A stretch of 64,000 nucleotides of DNA from assembly GCA_043743835.1 (NCBI GenBank), contig JAYTVT010000032.1:7599-71598 (forward strand), in the 5' to 3' direction. Of this stretch, positions 37,726 through 48,959 are shown piece by piece. Numbering within the stretch: the first letter of the stretch is position 1; every line of letters starts with the position of its first letter. The translations under genes and the position numbers were made by a program. The notes under the pieces were generated by a model. It was not told where the DNA came from. It ran no database searches and saw nothing but the letters and a program-made list of their open reading frames with translations. Source of the stretch: Betaproteobacteria bacterium (GTDB lineage: Bacteria > Pseudomonadota > Gammaproteobacteria > Burkholderiales > Burkholderiaceae_C).

Positions 37726-39171
37726 ATGACCCCGACCCCCTACACCGACACCCGCCTGCTCATCAACGGCCAGTGGTGTGACGCCGCCAGTGGCAAGACC
37801 CTGAACGTGGTCAACCCGGCCACCGGCAAGACCATCGGCAAGGTGGCGCATGCCGACATCGCCGACCTGGATCGTGCGCTGGCGGCTGCGCAGCAGGGCT
37901 TTGAAGCCTGGCGCAAGGTGCCTGCCAACGAACGCGCCACCACCATGCGCAAGGCTGCTTCCTTGGTGCGTGAACGGGCACCCGACATCGCCCGGTTGCT
38001 GACCCAAGAGCAGGGCAAGCCGTTTGCCGAAGCCCGGGTCGAGGTGCTCTCAGCCGCCGACATCATCGAGTGGTTTGCCGACGAAGGCCGCCGTGTTTAT
38101 GGCCGCATCGTGCCGTCGCGCAACCTGCTGGCGCAGCAGCTGGTGATGAAGGAGCCGCTGGGGCCCGTGGCGGCTTTCACGCCCTGGAATTTCCCCATCA
38201 ACCAGGTGGTGCGCAAGCTGTCGGCGGCGCTGGCCAGTGGCTGTTCTTTCCTGGTCAAGGCGCCCGAAGAAACGCCGGCCTCACCGGCGGCTTTGTTGCA
38301 GGCGTTTGTTGACGCCGGGGTGCCTGCCGGCACCGTTGGGCTGGTTTTTGGTGACCCAGCGCAGATTTCCAACTACCTGATCCCGCATCCCATCATCCGC
38401 AAGGTGACCTTTACCGGGTCGACCCCGGTGGGCAAGCAGTTGGCCGCGATGGCGGGTGCCCACATGAAGCGGGTGACGATGGAGCTGGGCGGTCACGCAC
38501 CGGTCATCGTCGCGGCCGACGCCGATCTGGCGCTGGCGGTCAAGGCTGCCGGCGGTGCCAAGTTTCGCAACGCGGGCCAGGTTTGCATTTCCCCGACGCG
38601 CTTTCTGGTCCACAACAGCTTGCGAGAAGAATTTGCCCAGGCCCTGGTCAAGCACGCTCAGAGCCTGAAGCTGGGCGATGGCCTGACGGAGGGCACCACG
38701 CTGGGCCCCTTGGCCAACCCGCGCCGCCTGGCTGCCATGGCCCATGTGATGGCCGACGCTGCAGCCAAGGGCGCCAAGCTGGCCACGGGTGGCGAGCGCG
38801 TGGGCACCGAGGGCAATTTTTTCGCGCCCACCGTGTTGACCGACGTGCCCTTGAACGCCGACGTCTTCAACAACGAGCCCTTTGGCCCGGTGGCTGCCAT
38901 TCGTGGCTTTGACACGCTGGACGAAGCCATCGCCGAGGCCAACCGCCTGCCGTTTGGCCTGGCGGGCTACGCCTTCACGCAGTCGATCAAAAACGCGCAC
39001 CAGCTGGCCCAGCGCCTGGAAGTGGGCATGCTGTGGATCAACCAGCCCGCAGCGCCTTCGCCGGAGATGCCTTTTGGCGGCGTGAAGGACTCGGGCTATG
39101 GCTCGGAAGGTGGGCCCGAGGCAATGGAGGCTTACCTGGTGACCAAGGCGGTGTCGATCATGGCCGTTTGA
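37726..39171 (+). CDS. NAD(P)-dependent succinate/2-oxoglutarate semialdehyde dehydrogenase family ALDH
   Basis: FTPWNFP, FTGST, MELGG, NAGQVC, EPFGP and PFGGVKDSG motifs. Confidence 0.92.
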   Translation: MTPTPYTDTRLLINGQWCDAASGKTLNVVNPATGKTIGKVAHADIADLDRALAAAQQGFEAWRKVPANERATTMRKAASLVRERAPDIARLLTQEQGKPFAEARVEVLSAADIIEWFADEGRRVYGRIVPSRNLLAQQLVMKEPLGPVAAFTPWNFPINQVVRKLSAALASGCSFLVKAPEETPASPAALLQAFVDAGVPAGTVGLVFGDPAQISNYLIPHPIIRKVTFTGSTPVGKQLAAMAGAHMKRVTMELGGHAPVIVAADADLALAVKAAGGAKFRNAGQVCISPTRFLVHNSLREEFAQALVKHAQSLKLGDGLTEGTTLGPLANPRRLAAMAHVMADAAAKGAKLATGGERVGTEGNFFAPTVLTDVPLNADVFNNEPFGPVAAIRGFDTLDEAIAEANRLPFGLAGYAFTQSIKNAHQLAQRLEVGMLWINQPAAPSPEMPFGGVKDSGYGSEGGPEAMEAYLVTKAVSIMAV

Positions 39172-39205
39172 GGCGTTGGGATGGGCCCGGCCAGCCCTCC
39201 TCGGG

Positions 39206-39829
39206 CTAGCCGACGCTGAACAGGCGCTGCACCAGCAGCGCCGCGATGCCCAGCATCACCACGCCAATCAGGCCGTCCAGCACCTGCCAGGCCTTGGGCC
39301 GGGCAAACCAGGGTGCCAGCCAGCGCGCGCCAAAGCCCAGCGCGGTGAACCACACCACGCTGGCGCTCGCCGCGCCGGCGGCAAACCACCAGCGGGCTTC
39401 GCCCCACTGTGCGCCAACACTGCCCACCAGCAGTACCGTGTCCAGGTAAACATGCGGGTTCAGCAAGGTAAAGGCGGCGGTCTGCAGCAGCGCCTGACGA
39501 AGGGTGATGCCGTCTGAGCCCGGAGCCGCCAACAGGGCTGACGGCCGAGCGCAGCGCCACAGCGCCCGCACCCCGTAGATGGCCAAAAAAACAGCGCCGC
39601 CCAAGGTCAGACCCGTGGCCAACCAGGGGCGGTTGCCCAGCACCTGGGCCAGCCCAGCCACACCGGCCAGCATCAAGAGCGCGTCGGCCACCGCGCAGAA
39701 CAGCACGATGGGCCCCACGTGTTCGCGCCGCAGCCCTTGGCGCAGCACAAAGGCGTTTTGCGAGCCGATGGCGACGATCAGCGTCAGCCCCAGGCTGGCC
39801 CCGGTGATGGCAGCGGCGGTGGCGCTCAC
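39206..39829 (-). CDS. LysE/ArgO amino-acid exporter
   Basis: LIVAIGSQNAFVLRQG and LNPHVYLDTV motifs. Confidence 0.92.
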   Translation of the reverse strand: MSATAAAITGASLGLTLIVAIGSQNAFVLRQGLRREHVGPIVLFCAVADALLMLAGVAGLAQVLGNRPWLATGLTLGGAVFLAIYGVRALWRCARPSALLAAPGSDGITLRQALLQTAAFTLLNPHVYLDTVLLVGSVGAQWGEARWWFAAGAASASVVWFTALGFGARWLAPWFARPKAWQVLDGLIGVVMLGIAALLVQRLFSVG

Positions 39830-39931
39830 GGGACTACCTTCGCCCTAGAAGGGCCGCGGCATAAGCGTAAGGGGGCGATCCGGCGCGCCCATGCCTTGCG
39901 CCTTAGACTGCGCGCCCAAGCTGGAGAACAC

Positions 39932-40930
39932 ATGAAGGTTTGCATTGTTGGACTCGGCGCCATTGGGGGCCTGATGGCGGCGTGGATGGGCACCCGGCTG
40001 AAGCCCGACACGGTGGCGTTGTCGGCGTTGGCCCGCGGCCTGACCCTGGAGGCGGTCAAGGCCAACGGCCTCGTGCTGGAAGCGCCCGAGGGCGAGCAGC
40101 GCATCCCCTTGCGCGCCAGCGACACCGCCCAAGCGTTGGGCGTGCAGGACCTGGTCATCCTGGCCGTCAAGGGGCCCGCTTTGACAGCGGTGGCGCCCCA
40201 AGTGGCACCGTTGCTGGGGCCGCAGACCCAGATCTTGACGGCCATGAACGGCGTGCCTTGGTGGTTCTTTGAAGGACTGCCAGGGCGCTGCCATGGCTTG
40301 TCGCTGACCAGCACCGACCCTGGCGGCGTGGCCCGCGCCCACCTTCCAGCGGCGCAGGTGCTGGGCGGGGTGGTGCACTTGAGCGCCACCACGCCGGCGC
40401 CCGGCCGGGTGCGCCACATCAATGGCAACGGCCTGATCCTGGGTCGCGCCGTGGGTGCCCCCGACGCGCCTTTGCGGGTGGTGGCCGGTGTGCTGCAGGA
40501 AGCCGGCCTGGCGGTGACGGTGTCAGACTGCATTCAACGCGATGTGTGGTTCAAGCTCTGGGGCAACATGACGATGAACCCCGTCTCGGCGCTGACCGGC
40601 GCGCCCTGCGACCGCATCCTGGACGACCCGCTGGTGCGCCAGTTTTGTAGCGCGGTGATGCTGGAAGCCCAAGCCATCGGCACCGCCTTTGGCATCCCCA
40701 TTCCCCAGCAGCCCGAGGAGCGACATGCGGTCACACGCAAGTTGGGCAGCTTCAAGACCAGCATGCTGCAGGACGTGCTGGCCGAAAGGCCTCTGGAAAT
40801 TGACGGCTTGGTGGCCTCGGTGCGCGAAATTGGCGCGCACCTGGGCTTGGCCACGCCCCACATCGACGCCCTGCTGGGGCTGGTTCGGCTGATGGCGTCA
40901 GAGCGCGGGCTGTACCCGCGCCATGGCTGA
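39932..40930 (+). CDS. Ketopantoate reductase (PanE/ApbA) family oxidoreductase
   Basis: GLGAIGG, LAVK, MNGVPWW, WFKLWGN and KTSMLQD motifs. Confidence 0.88.
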   Translation: MKVCIVGLGAIGGLMAAWMGTRLKPDTVALSALARGLTLEAVKANGLVLEAPEGEQRIPLRASDTAQALGVQDLVILAVKGPALTAVAPQVAPLLGPQTQILTAMNGVPWWFFEGLPGRCHGLSLTSTDPGGVARAHLPAAQVLGGVVHLSATTPAPGRVRHINGNGLILGRAVGAPDAPLRVVAGVLQEAGLAVTVSDCIQRDVWFKLWGNMTMNPVSALTGAPCDRILDDPLVRQFCSAVMLEAQAIGTAFGIPIPQQPEERHAVTRKLGSFKTSMLQDVLAERPLEIDGLVASVREIGAHLGLATPHIDALLGLVRLMASERGLYPRHG

Positions 40931-41365
40931 TCAGGTCTTGACGATGTTGGACACCACCGCTTGCGTGGCTTCCTTCAACTTTTCCTTGGCCAGTGCCTTG
41001 CACTGCTCTGGGGTTGAATTGGGAACGGCGTCGTAAGCGGTGGCCGTGCCCTTGGGCAGCGGACGGAACAGCACGGCATTGACCGTGGAGGTCAAGGGCA
41101 ACAGCATCACGCGCGCCGCCACCACACAGGTTTGCTTGGCGTTGACCCCGCCTTCGACTTGGCTCAGGAAGGCATAGCGGCCGGCTGGGTGAATCTTCCA
41201 GACCTTGGCCGGGATGTTCTCGTCCATCACCGCCTTGGCGGTGGCCTCGTCGATCAGCCCGGCATTGGAATGGTCGATCAGACGGGTCTTGACCTTGGGA
41301 TCAGCGGCCCAGGCGGACGCGGTCAGCAAGAGCGTGATGGCCAGGGCGGGGAGAGCAATGTTCAT
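40931..41365 (-). CDS. Hypothetical exported protein
   Basis: Signal peptide ending AWA; coding-like codon bias; two Cys. Confidence 0.65.
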   Translation of the reverse strand: MNIALPALAITLLLTASAWAADPKVKTRLIDHSNAGLIDEATAKAVMDENIPAKVWKIHPAGRYAFLSQVEGGVNAKQTCVVAARVMLLPLTSTVNAVLFRPLPKGTATAYDAVPNSTPEQCKALAKEKLKEATQAVVSNIVKT

Positions 41366-41427
41366 GAAACACCTGTACGGGGTGGGTGAAAAGGCCCGGT
41401 GGAGCCGGCGCGCGCAGCGCAGTGTAA

Positions 41428-42150
41428 TCAGGTCGGCCCGTCTTTCGGTCCGTCTTTCGGTCCGTCTGTCGGTTTGGCCGTGCTGGCTTGCAGGCGCCGA
41501 ATGTCGTCGGTCAGGCGCCCGGCGATGAGCCTCACCACCTCCAAGCCGAAGTCGGGGTTTTGATAGACCAATTGCTTGAAGGTGTCCTCGTCGATCGACA
41601 GCAGTGTGCTGTCGCTGACGCAACGCGCGCCGCTGCTGCGCCGGCGGTCAGGCGCAAAAAAAGCGATTTCGCCAAACATCTGCCCAGCGGCCAGGCGACG
41701 GCCTACCTCGGGCAGCTCCACTTCGCCCGCAGCCAAGAAGTACATGCGGGAGGCTTCGTCGCCGTTGGCAAACACCACGTCACCGGCCTTGTATTCGCGG
41801 CTGCGCATATAGGGCCGCAGCCAGATTTGCAGCTGCTGTGAATCTGCCGCCGAAGCCGCCACGCGTTGGGTCAGCCTGACCATCTGCCTCACCCGCCACA
41901 GGTTCACCGGCAGCAGCACGGCGTGCAGCACCACCATGAGCGGCGCCGGGTGGGCCAGGCCATAAACGATGAAGCCCACGTTGCTGGCCACGGCGAGCCA
42001 ACGCAAAGGGATCATGGTCTTGACGAACGCGCTGATCACCACCATCAGGGCCGCCACCCCTGCCGATGCCAAGGCCAGCACCTGGACAGGCTCGGATAAC
42101 GTGGCCAGCAGGGTGCTGGCTTGGGCGGAGAGTTGATCGAGCAGAGACAT
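41428..42150 (-). CDS. Membrane protein with C-terminal cyclic-nucleotide-binding domain
   Basis: N-terminal TM helices (KTMIPLR); FGEIAFF...RSSGA cNMP motif; DGPK-type repeats at the C-terminus. Confidence 0.85.
   Translation of the reverse strand: MSLLDQLSAQASTLLATLSEPVQVLALASAGVAALMVVISAFVKTMIPLRWLAVASNVGFIVYGLAHPAPLMVVLHAVLLPVNLWRVRQMVRLTQRVAASAADSQQLQIWLRPYMRSREYKAGDVVFANGDEASRMYFLAAGEVELPEVGRRLAAGQMFGEIAFFAPDRRRSSGARCVSDSTLLSIDEDTFKQLVYQNPDFGLEVVRLIAGRLTDDIRRLQASTAKPTDGPKDGPKDGPT
41431..41472. repeat. Short 12-bp tandem repeat encoding TDGPK-DGPK-DGPT
   Basis: CCGTCTTTCGGT x2 plus degenerate flanking copies at the 3' end of the cNMP gene. Confidence 0.7.
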
Positions 42151-42216
42151 GTCGGCGCCGGACTGGATGTGCGTGAGGGCTGATCAAAAACCGGGTGCTG
42201 TGCGCTGGCCCCAGGA

Positions 42217-42861
42217 CTACCAGCGCGTGGGGAGTTTCTTCAGCAGGACGATGCGACCGGCGCGCACCTCCACATAGCCGCCTTCGGTGAGCGGCTTGAA
42301 CACGCGGCTGACCATCTCTCGCGAAGAGCCCACCCGTTCTGCGATGTCCTGCTGCGTGAGTTTGTCCGGGATGGTCAGCACGCCGTTGTCATCCTGCGCC
42401 AAGGAGCGCAGCAGCTTGGTCACCCGCCCGTAGACGTCGTCCAAGGCCAGGCTCTTGACGTGCTCGGTGGAGGCACGTGCCAGGCGGATCAACTTCTTGA
42501 CGATGTGAAGCGCGAAATCGGGGTTCTCAGAAAGAAACTGCCGCACGTCAACGCCGGGTACCACGGCACAGGTCGTGGGCTCCAGCGTCATGACGCTGGC
42601 CGAGCGCGGGCCGCCGTCCAAGGTCATCTCACCAAAGTACTCGCCCACGCCCTGGGTGTTGTAGACCACCTCGCGGCCGTCTTCGGCCGAGCCATAGGCC
42701 TTGACACGACCACTCAGGATGATGAAAAGCGCGTCCGATCGGTCGTCCTCGGTCACCAGCACCGTGTTGGCGGCATAGTTGCGTACGCCGCCGCGGCTGG
42801 CCACTTGGCGCAGCAGGTGGTCGTCCAGCAGATCGGGAGTGGCGGCTTTGCGAGAAGGCAT
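42217..42861 (-). CDS. Crp/Fnr-family transcriptional regulator (CRP-like, no Fe-S cysteines)
   Basis: FGEM...PRSASV cNMP pocket; HTH TQQDIAERVGSSREMVSR. Confidence 0.92.
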   Translation of the reverse strand: MPSRKAATPDLLDDHLLRQVASRGGVRNYAANTVLVTEDDRSDALFIILSGRVKAYGSAEDGREVVYNTQGVGEYFGEMTLDGGPRSASVMTLEPTTCAVVPGVDVRQFLSENPDFALHIVKKLIRLARASTEHVKSLALDDVYGRVTKLLRSLAQDDNGVLTIPDKLTQQDIAERVGSSREMVSRVFKPLTEGGYVEVRAGRIVLLKKLPTRW

Positions 42862-43002
42862 ACCCTCTATCGTGCCATGGACTGGCCTTCTGTCTGGGTG
42901 GGGTTAGACCGGCATTGGCTTGGCTTTAGACTGAGGGCGCCAACGACGGGGCCACAGGCTCGAATGTCCGAGCCCCAGTGAGCCTGCGCGAGGAGACAAG
43001 CA

Positions 43003-44841
43003 GTGCGAGCCACGAACGTGAACGACCCGGATTACTTCCACAAGGTCGTTGACTGCCAATGGGCCTGTCCGGCCCACACCCCCGTGCCGGAGTACATCCG
43101 GCTGATCGCCCAGGGTCGTTACGACGACGCCTACATGGTCAACTGGGTCAGCAACGTCTTTCCGGGCGTGCTGGGTCGAACCTGCGACCGACCCTGCGAA
43201 CCGGCTTGTCGCCGTGGGCGGGCTGAAGAAGAAAATGCCGAAAAGCCGGAGCCGGTGGCGATTTGCCGCCTCAAGCGCGTGGCAGCCGACAACAAGAGCG
43301 ACGAGATTCGCGCGTTGATCCCCAAGCCCCTGCCCCGCAACGGCAAGAAGCTGGCCTGTGTGGGCGCAGGCCCGGCTTCGCTGACCGTGGCGCGCGATCT
43401 GGCGTCGCAAGGTTATGCGGTGACGGTGTTTGACGGCGAGGCCAAGGCCGGTGGTTTCATCCGCACGCAGATCCCGCGTTTTCGGCTGCCCGAAAGCGTC
43501 ATCGACGAAGAAACCGACTACATCCTGAACCTGGGCGTCGAATTCAAATCGGGCCAGCGCATCGACTCGATGAAAGCCCTGCTGGGCATGGGCTATGACG
43601 CCATCTTTGTGGGTTGCGGCGCGCCGCGCGGGCGCGACCTGAAGATCCCTGGCCGCGACGAGGCTGCGGCCGACATCCACATCGGCATCGACTGGCTGGC
43701 TTCAGTCTCGTTTGGCCACGTCACCAGCGTGAAAAAGCGCGTCATCGTGCTGGGTGGTGGCAACACCGCCATGGACTGCTGCCGCTCGGCGCGCCGCCTG
43801 GGGGCGGACAGTGTCAAAGTGGTGGTGCGTTCGGGCTTTGAAGAAATGAAGGCCTCGCCCTGGGAAAAGGAAGACGCCCAGCATGAGGGCATTCCCATCA
43901 TCAACTACCACGTGCCCAAGGCCTTTGTGCTGGAAGCGGGTGTGTTGGTGGGGATGCGCTTTGAAGTGGTCCAGGCGGTTTATGACGACAAGGGCCGGCG
44001 CAGCCTGGTGCCCACGGGTGAGCCCGACGCGGTGATCGACTGCGACGAAGTGCTGGTGGCCGTGGGCCAGGAAAATTCTTTCCCGTGGATCGAGCGTGAC
44101 AGTGGCATCGTCTTCGACCAATGGGGCCTGCCGCAGCTGGACGCCAAGACCTTTCAGTCCACCGTACCGCAGGTGTTTTTTGGTGGCGACGCAGCCTTTG
44201 GCCCCAAGAACATCATCACCGCGGTGGCACACGGCCACGAGGCGGCGGTGTCGATCGACCGCTTTCTGCACGGTGAGTCACTGAGTCACCGGCCACCACC
44301 CCACGTGAACCTGGTGTCGCAGAAGATGGGCATCCACGAGTGGAGCTATGCCAATTCGCCCAGCAACGACCTGCGTTTCAAGGTGCCATGGGCCAACGCC
44401 GAAAAAGCGCTGGCCAGCATCAAGGTGGAAGTGGAGCTGGGTTTCGATTTGCCCACGGCTTTCAAGGAAGCCGAGCGCTGCCTGAACTGCGACGTGCAGA
44501 CGGTGTTTGCCGAAAAGCTGTGCATCGAGTGTGACGCCTGCGTGGACATCTGCCCCATGGACAGCATCACCTTCACCACCAATGGTGAAGAGGCCGATCT
44601 GCGCACGCGGCTCAAGGCGCCGGCGGTCAACTCGTCGCAAGACCTGTATGTGAGCCAGCCCCTGAAAACCCAGCGCGTGATGGTGAAGGACGAAGACGTG
44701 TGCCTGCACTGCGGCCTGTGCGCCGAGCGCTGCCCCACCGGCGCCTGGGACATGCAGAAGTTCCTGCTGACCACCACCAAGGCGGGCCCGGCCTGCCGCG
44801 ACAGCACACCCAACAACAAGCGCGTAGGGGTCACGTCATGA
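43003..44841 (+). CDS. GltD-like FAD/NAD(P)H oxidoreductase with C-terminal 2x[4Fe-4S] domain
   Basis: CQWACP, GRTCDRPCE, GAGPAS, GGGNTAMDC, CIECDACVDICP and CLHCGLCAERCP motifs. Confidence 0.9.
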   Translation: MRATNVNDPDYFHKVVDCQWACPAHTPVPEYIRLIAQGRYDDAYMVNWVSNVFPGVLGRTCDRPCEPACRRGRAEEENAEKPEPVAICRLKRVAADNKSDEIRALIPKPLPRNGKKLACVGAGPASLTVARDLASQGYAVTVFDGEAKAGGFIRTQIPRFRLPESVIDEETDYILNLGVEFKSGQRIDSMKALLGMGYDAIFVGCGAPRGRDLKIPGRDEAAADIHIGIDWLASVSFGHVTSVKKRVIVLGGGNTAMDCCRSARRLGADSVKVVVRSGFEEMKASPWEKEDAQHEGIPIINYHVPKAFVLEAGVLVGMRFEVVQAVYDDKGRRSLVPTGEPDAVIDCDEVLVAVGQENSFPWIERDSGIVFDQWGLPQLDAKTFQSTVPQVFFGGDAAFGPKNIITAVAHGHEAAVSIDRFLHGESLSHRPPPHVNLVSQKMGIHEWSYANSPSNDLRFKVPWANAEKALASIKVEVELGFDLPTAFKEAERCLNCDVQTVFAEKLCIECDACVDICPMDSITFTTNGEEADLRTRLKAPAVNSSQDLYVSQPLKTQRVMVKDEDVCLHCGLCAERCPTGAWDMQKFLLTTTKAGPACRDSTPNNKRVGVTS

Positions 44842-46687
44842 AGCCGATAGAAGCGGTCAACGACTTTGTCATCAAGTTTGCCAACGTCAACGGCTCGGGT
44901 TCGGCTTCGGCCAACGAGCTGTTTGCCAAGGCCATTTTGCGCATGGGTGTGCCGGTCAGCCCGCGCAACATCTTCCCCAGCAACATCCAGGGCCTGCCCA
45001 CCTGGTACGAAGTGCGGGTGAGCGAACGCGGCTGGCTGGGCCGGCGTGGTGGCATCGACATGATGGTGGCGATGAACCCGCAAACCTGGGACCAGGACGT
45101 CAAGGAAGTCGAGCCCGGCGGCTATCTGTTCTACGACAGCACTCGGCCGATTTCCTCCAAGGACGCGGCCAGCGCCTTTCGCTCGGACATCACCGTCATC
45201 GGCATGCCGGTGACGGCCATCTGCAACGCCACCTACGAAGACCCGCGCCAGCGCACGCTGTTCAAGAACATCATGGCGCTGGGTGCTCTGGCCACCCTGA
45301 TGGACGTGGACACCACGGTCATCGAAGGGCTGTTCAGCGAGCAGTACAAGGGCAAGGAAAAGCTGCTGGAGTCCAACGTGCGGGCGCTGCAGTCGGGTCG
45401 CGGCTTTGCGCGTGACCACCTCAAGCCGCCGATTGGCTTGCGGGTCAAGCGCGCCAACGCAGTGGGCCAGCGCATCTTCATGGAAGGCAATGCCGCCGCT
45501 GCGCTGGGCTGTGTGTACGGCGGCGCCACGGTCTGCGCCTGGTACCCCATCACGCCTTCATCTTCGGTGGCCGAAGCCTTCCAAAGCTACTGCAAGAAAC
45601 TGCGCCACGACCCGGTGACAGGCGCGGCGCAGTACGCCATTGTTCAGGCCGAAGACGAAATCGCCAGCATCGGCATGATCACCGGCGCGGGCTGGAACGG
45701 CGCGCGTGCCTTCACCGCCACCAGCGGCCCGGGGGTGAGCCTGATGACCGAGTTCATCGGCCTGGCCTACTTTGCCGAGATCCCGCTGACCATCATCGAC
45801 GTGCAGCGCGGTGGCCCCAGCACCGGCATGCCCACCCGCACGCAACAGGCTGACTTGCTCAGCAGCGCCTATGCCAGCCACGGTGACACCAAGCACGTGC
45901 TGCTGTTGCCGCAAGACCCAACCGAATGCTTTGAGTTCAGCGCTGCGGCACTCGACCTGGCCGACCGGCTGCAGACCCCCATCTTCGTGATGACCGATCT
46001 GGACATTGGCATGAACCAGCGCCTGTGCGAGCCGCTGCAATGGGATGACAGCCGCAGCTACGACCGCGGCAAGGTGATGACGGCCGAAGAGCTGGAAGCC
46101 GGCAAGGACTTTGGCCGCTACAAAGACGTTGACGGTGACGGCATACCCTGGCGCACGCTGCCGGCCACCCACGCGTCCAAAGGCGCCTACTTCACGCGCG
46201 GCACCACGCGCGACGCCTATGCCCGCTACAGCGAAGCCGGGCCCGACTACCTGTACAACGTGCACCGCCTGCTGCAAAAGTTTGCGACCGCCGCCAAGCT
46301 GGTGCCGCAGCCGCTGGTGCGCGCCGCAGCCAAGAAGACGCGGCTGGGCGTGCTGTATTTCGGCAGCACCGCGCCGGCCATGGACGAAGCGCTGGAGGCC
46401 TTGGCGCTGTCCCACATCCACGTTGACGCCATGCGCTTGCGCGCCTTCCCCTTCCCATCCAGCGTGGCTGAGTTCATCGCCGACCACGACCGCGTGTTTG
46501 TGGTGGAGCAAAACCGCGACGCCCAGATGCGCACGCTGCTGATCACCGAACTGGAAATCGACCCCGAGCGCTTGACCAAGGTGCTGCACTACGACGGCAC
46601 GCCCATCACCGCGCGCTACATCACGCAGGCCATCACCGAGGCTGTGCATGCCCAGGCGGTTGCACCGCGCCGTAAGGAGAATTCCAA

Positions 46688-46691
<4 letters not shown>
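44838..46691 (+). CDS. korA: 2-oxoacid:ferredoxin oxidoreductase alpha subunit (fused gamma/alpha)
   Basis: NGSGS, WYPITPSS, QAEDE, TATSGPG and QRGGPSTGMPT motifs. Confidence 0.9.
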
Positions 46692-47743
<1,052 letters not shown>

Positions 47744-47813
47744 AGCCAACTGCAGCGGCCAACCGCCACTGCTGCCGCCGTTCCACTCCACCTCAACGCA
47801 GAACAGCCCCGCC

Positions 47814-48743
47814 ATGAAAACCAATCTCATCAATCGCCGCCTGAGCCTGCTGGCGCTGGCCACGCTGCCAGTCGGCCTGGGGCTGGGCTCAAGCGCCCTC
47901 GCCCAGATGGACCTGAGCAAGGTCGAGATCCGCACGCTGAAGCTGTCCGACAGCCTCTACATGCTCAGCGGCGCCGGTGGCAACGTGGGTCTGAGCGTGG
48001 GCGCGGACTCGGTGTTTGTCATCGACGACGAGTTCACGCAGGTGGCACCCAAGCTCAGGGCCGCCATCGCCAAGATCACGCCGCGGCCGGTGCAGTTTGT
48101 GCTGAACACCCACTTCCACTTTGACCATACCGGCGGCAACGAAGCCCTGGGCGGCGAAGGCGCCCTGATCGTGGCCCACGACAACGCGCGTCGGCGCATG
48201 AGCACCGACCAGCTCATCGCACTGGCCGGCACCGTCAATCAACAAAAGGCCTATGCCAAGGTGGGCCTGCCCACGGTGACGGTGGCCGGCGAGATCACCT
48301 TCCACATCAACGGCGACGAGGTTCACGCCTTCCATGTGCCCAAGGCCCACACCGACGGCGACCTGATCGTGCACTTTCGCAAGGCCGACGTCATCCACAT
48401 GGGCGACGTGTTCTTCCACAACATGTACCCCTTCATCGACGGCAGCAGCGGCGGCACCGCGCAAGGCGTGATCGCCGCCTTTGACCGGGTGCTGGCGCTG
48501 GCCACTGACAGCACCCGCATCATCCCGGGCCACGGCCCACTGGCCAGCAAGGCCGACCTCGCGGCCACCCGGGCCATGCTGGTCACGCTGACCCAGCGCA
48601 TCCAGGAGCTGCGCCGGGCCGGCAAGAGCGAAGCCGAGATTCGTGCGGCCAAGCTCTCGGCCGACTTTGACGCACGCTTTGGTGGTGGCTTCATCAAGCC
48701 TGAGGCGGTGGTGCAGATGCTGATCGGCGTGACTGCGCCCTGA
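47814..48743 (+). CDS. Exported MBL-fold metallo-hydrolase (cyclase-like)
   Basis: NRR leader; THFHFDHTGGN, AHTDGD, MGD and IPGHG motifs. Confidence 0.88.
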   Translation: MKTNLINRRLSLLALATLPVGLGLGSSALAQMDLSKVEIRTLKLSDSLYMLSGAGGNVGLSVGADSVFVIDDEFTQVAPKLRAAIAKITPRPVQFVLNTHFHFDHTGGNEALGGEGALIVAHDNARRRMSTDQLIALAGTVNQQKAYAKVGLPTVTVAGEITFHINGDEVHAFHVPKAHTDGDLIVHFRKADVIHMGDVFFHNMYPFIDGSSGGTAQGVIAAFDRVLALATDSTRIIPGHGPLASKADLAATRAMLVTLTQRIQELRRAGKSEAEIRAAKLSADFDARFGGGFIKPEAVVQMLIGVTAP

Positions 48744-48959
48744 GTTCGGTGATCGGGGGCGTCACCACCAATCGCAGATCGAGGCCCTGAGCGAGACGCT
48801 CGTCGATCCGGCGCGCCTGCCCGGGTGCCCGGCGCTGCACAGCGGTCACATCCACAGAGCGGGTGATGCGCACCCGCCATGGGTGGTCTAAGGTGGCGCT
48901 GCGCGAACGGGTCAGCACTGCTGCTTGGCCCGCGCCCGTCCAACACCGGAGGCCACCCC

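Noticed and set aside
43003-44841. Calling the flavoprotein DsrL or glutamate synthase GltD
   Set aside because: No dsr genes or gltB nearby; its coupling to korAB points to a different role.
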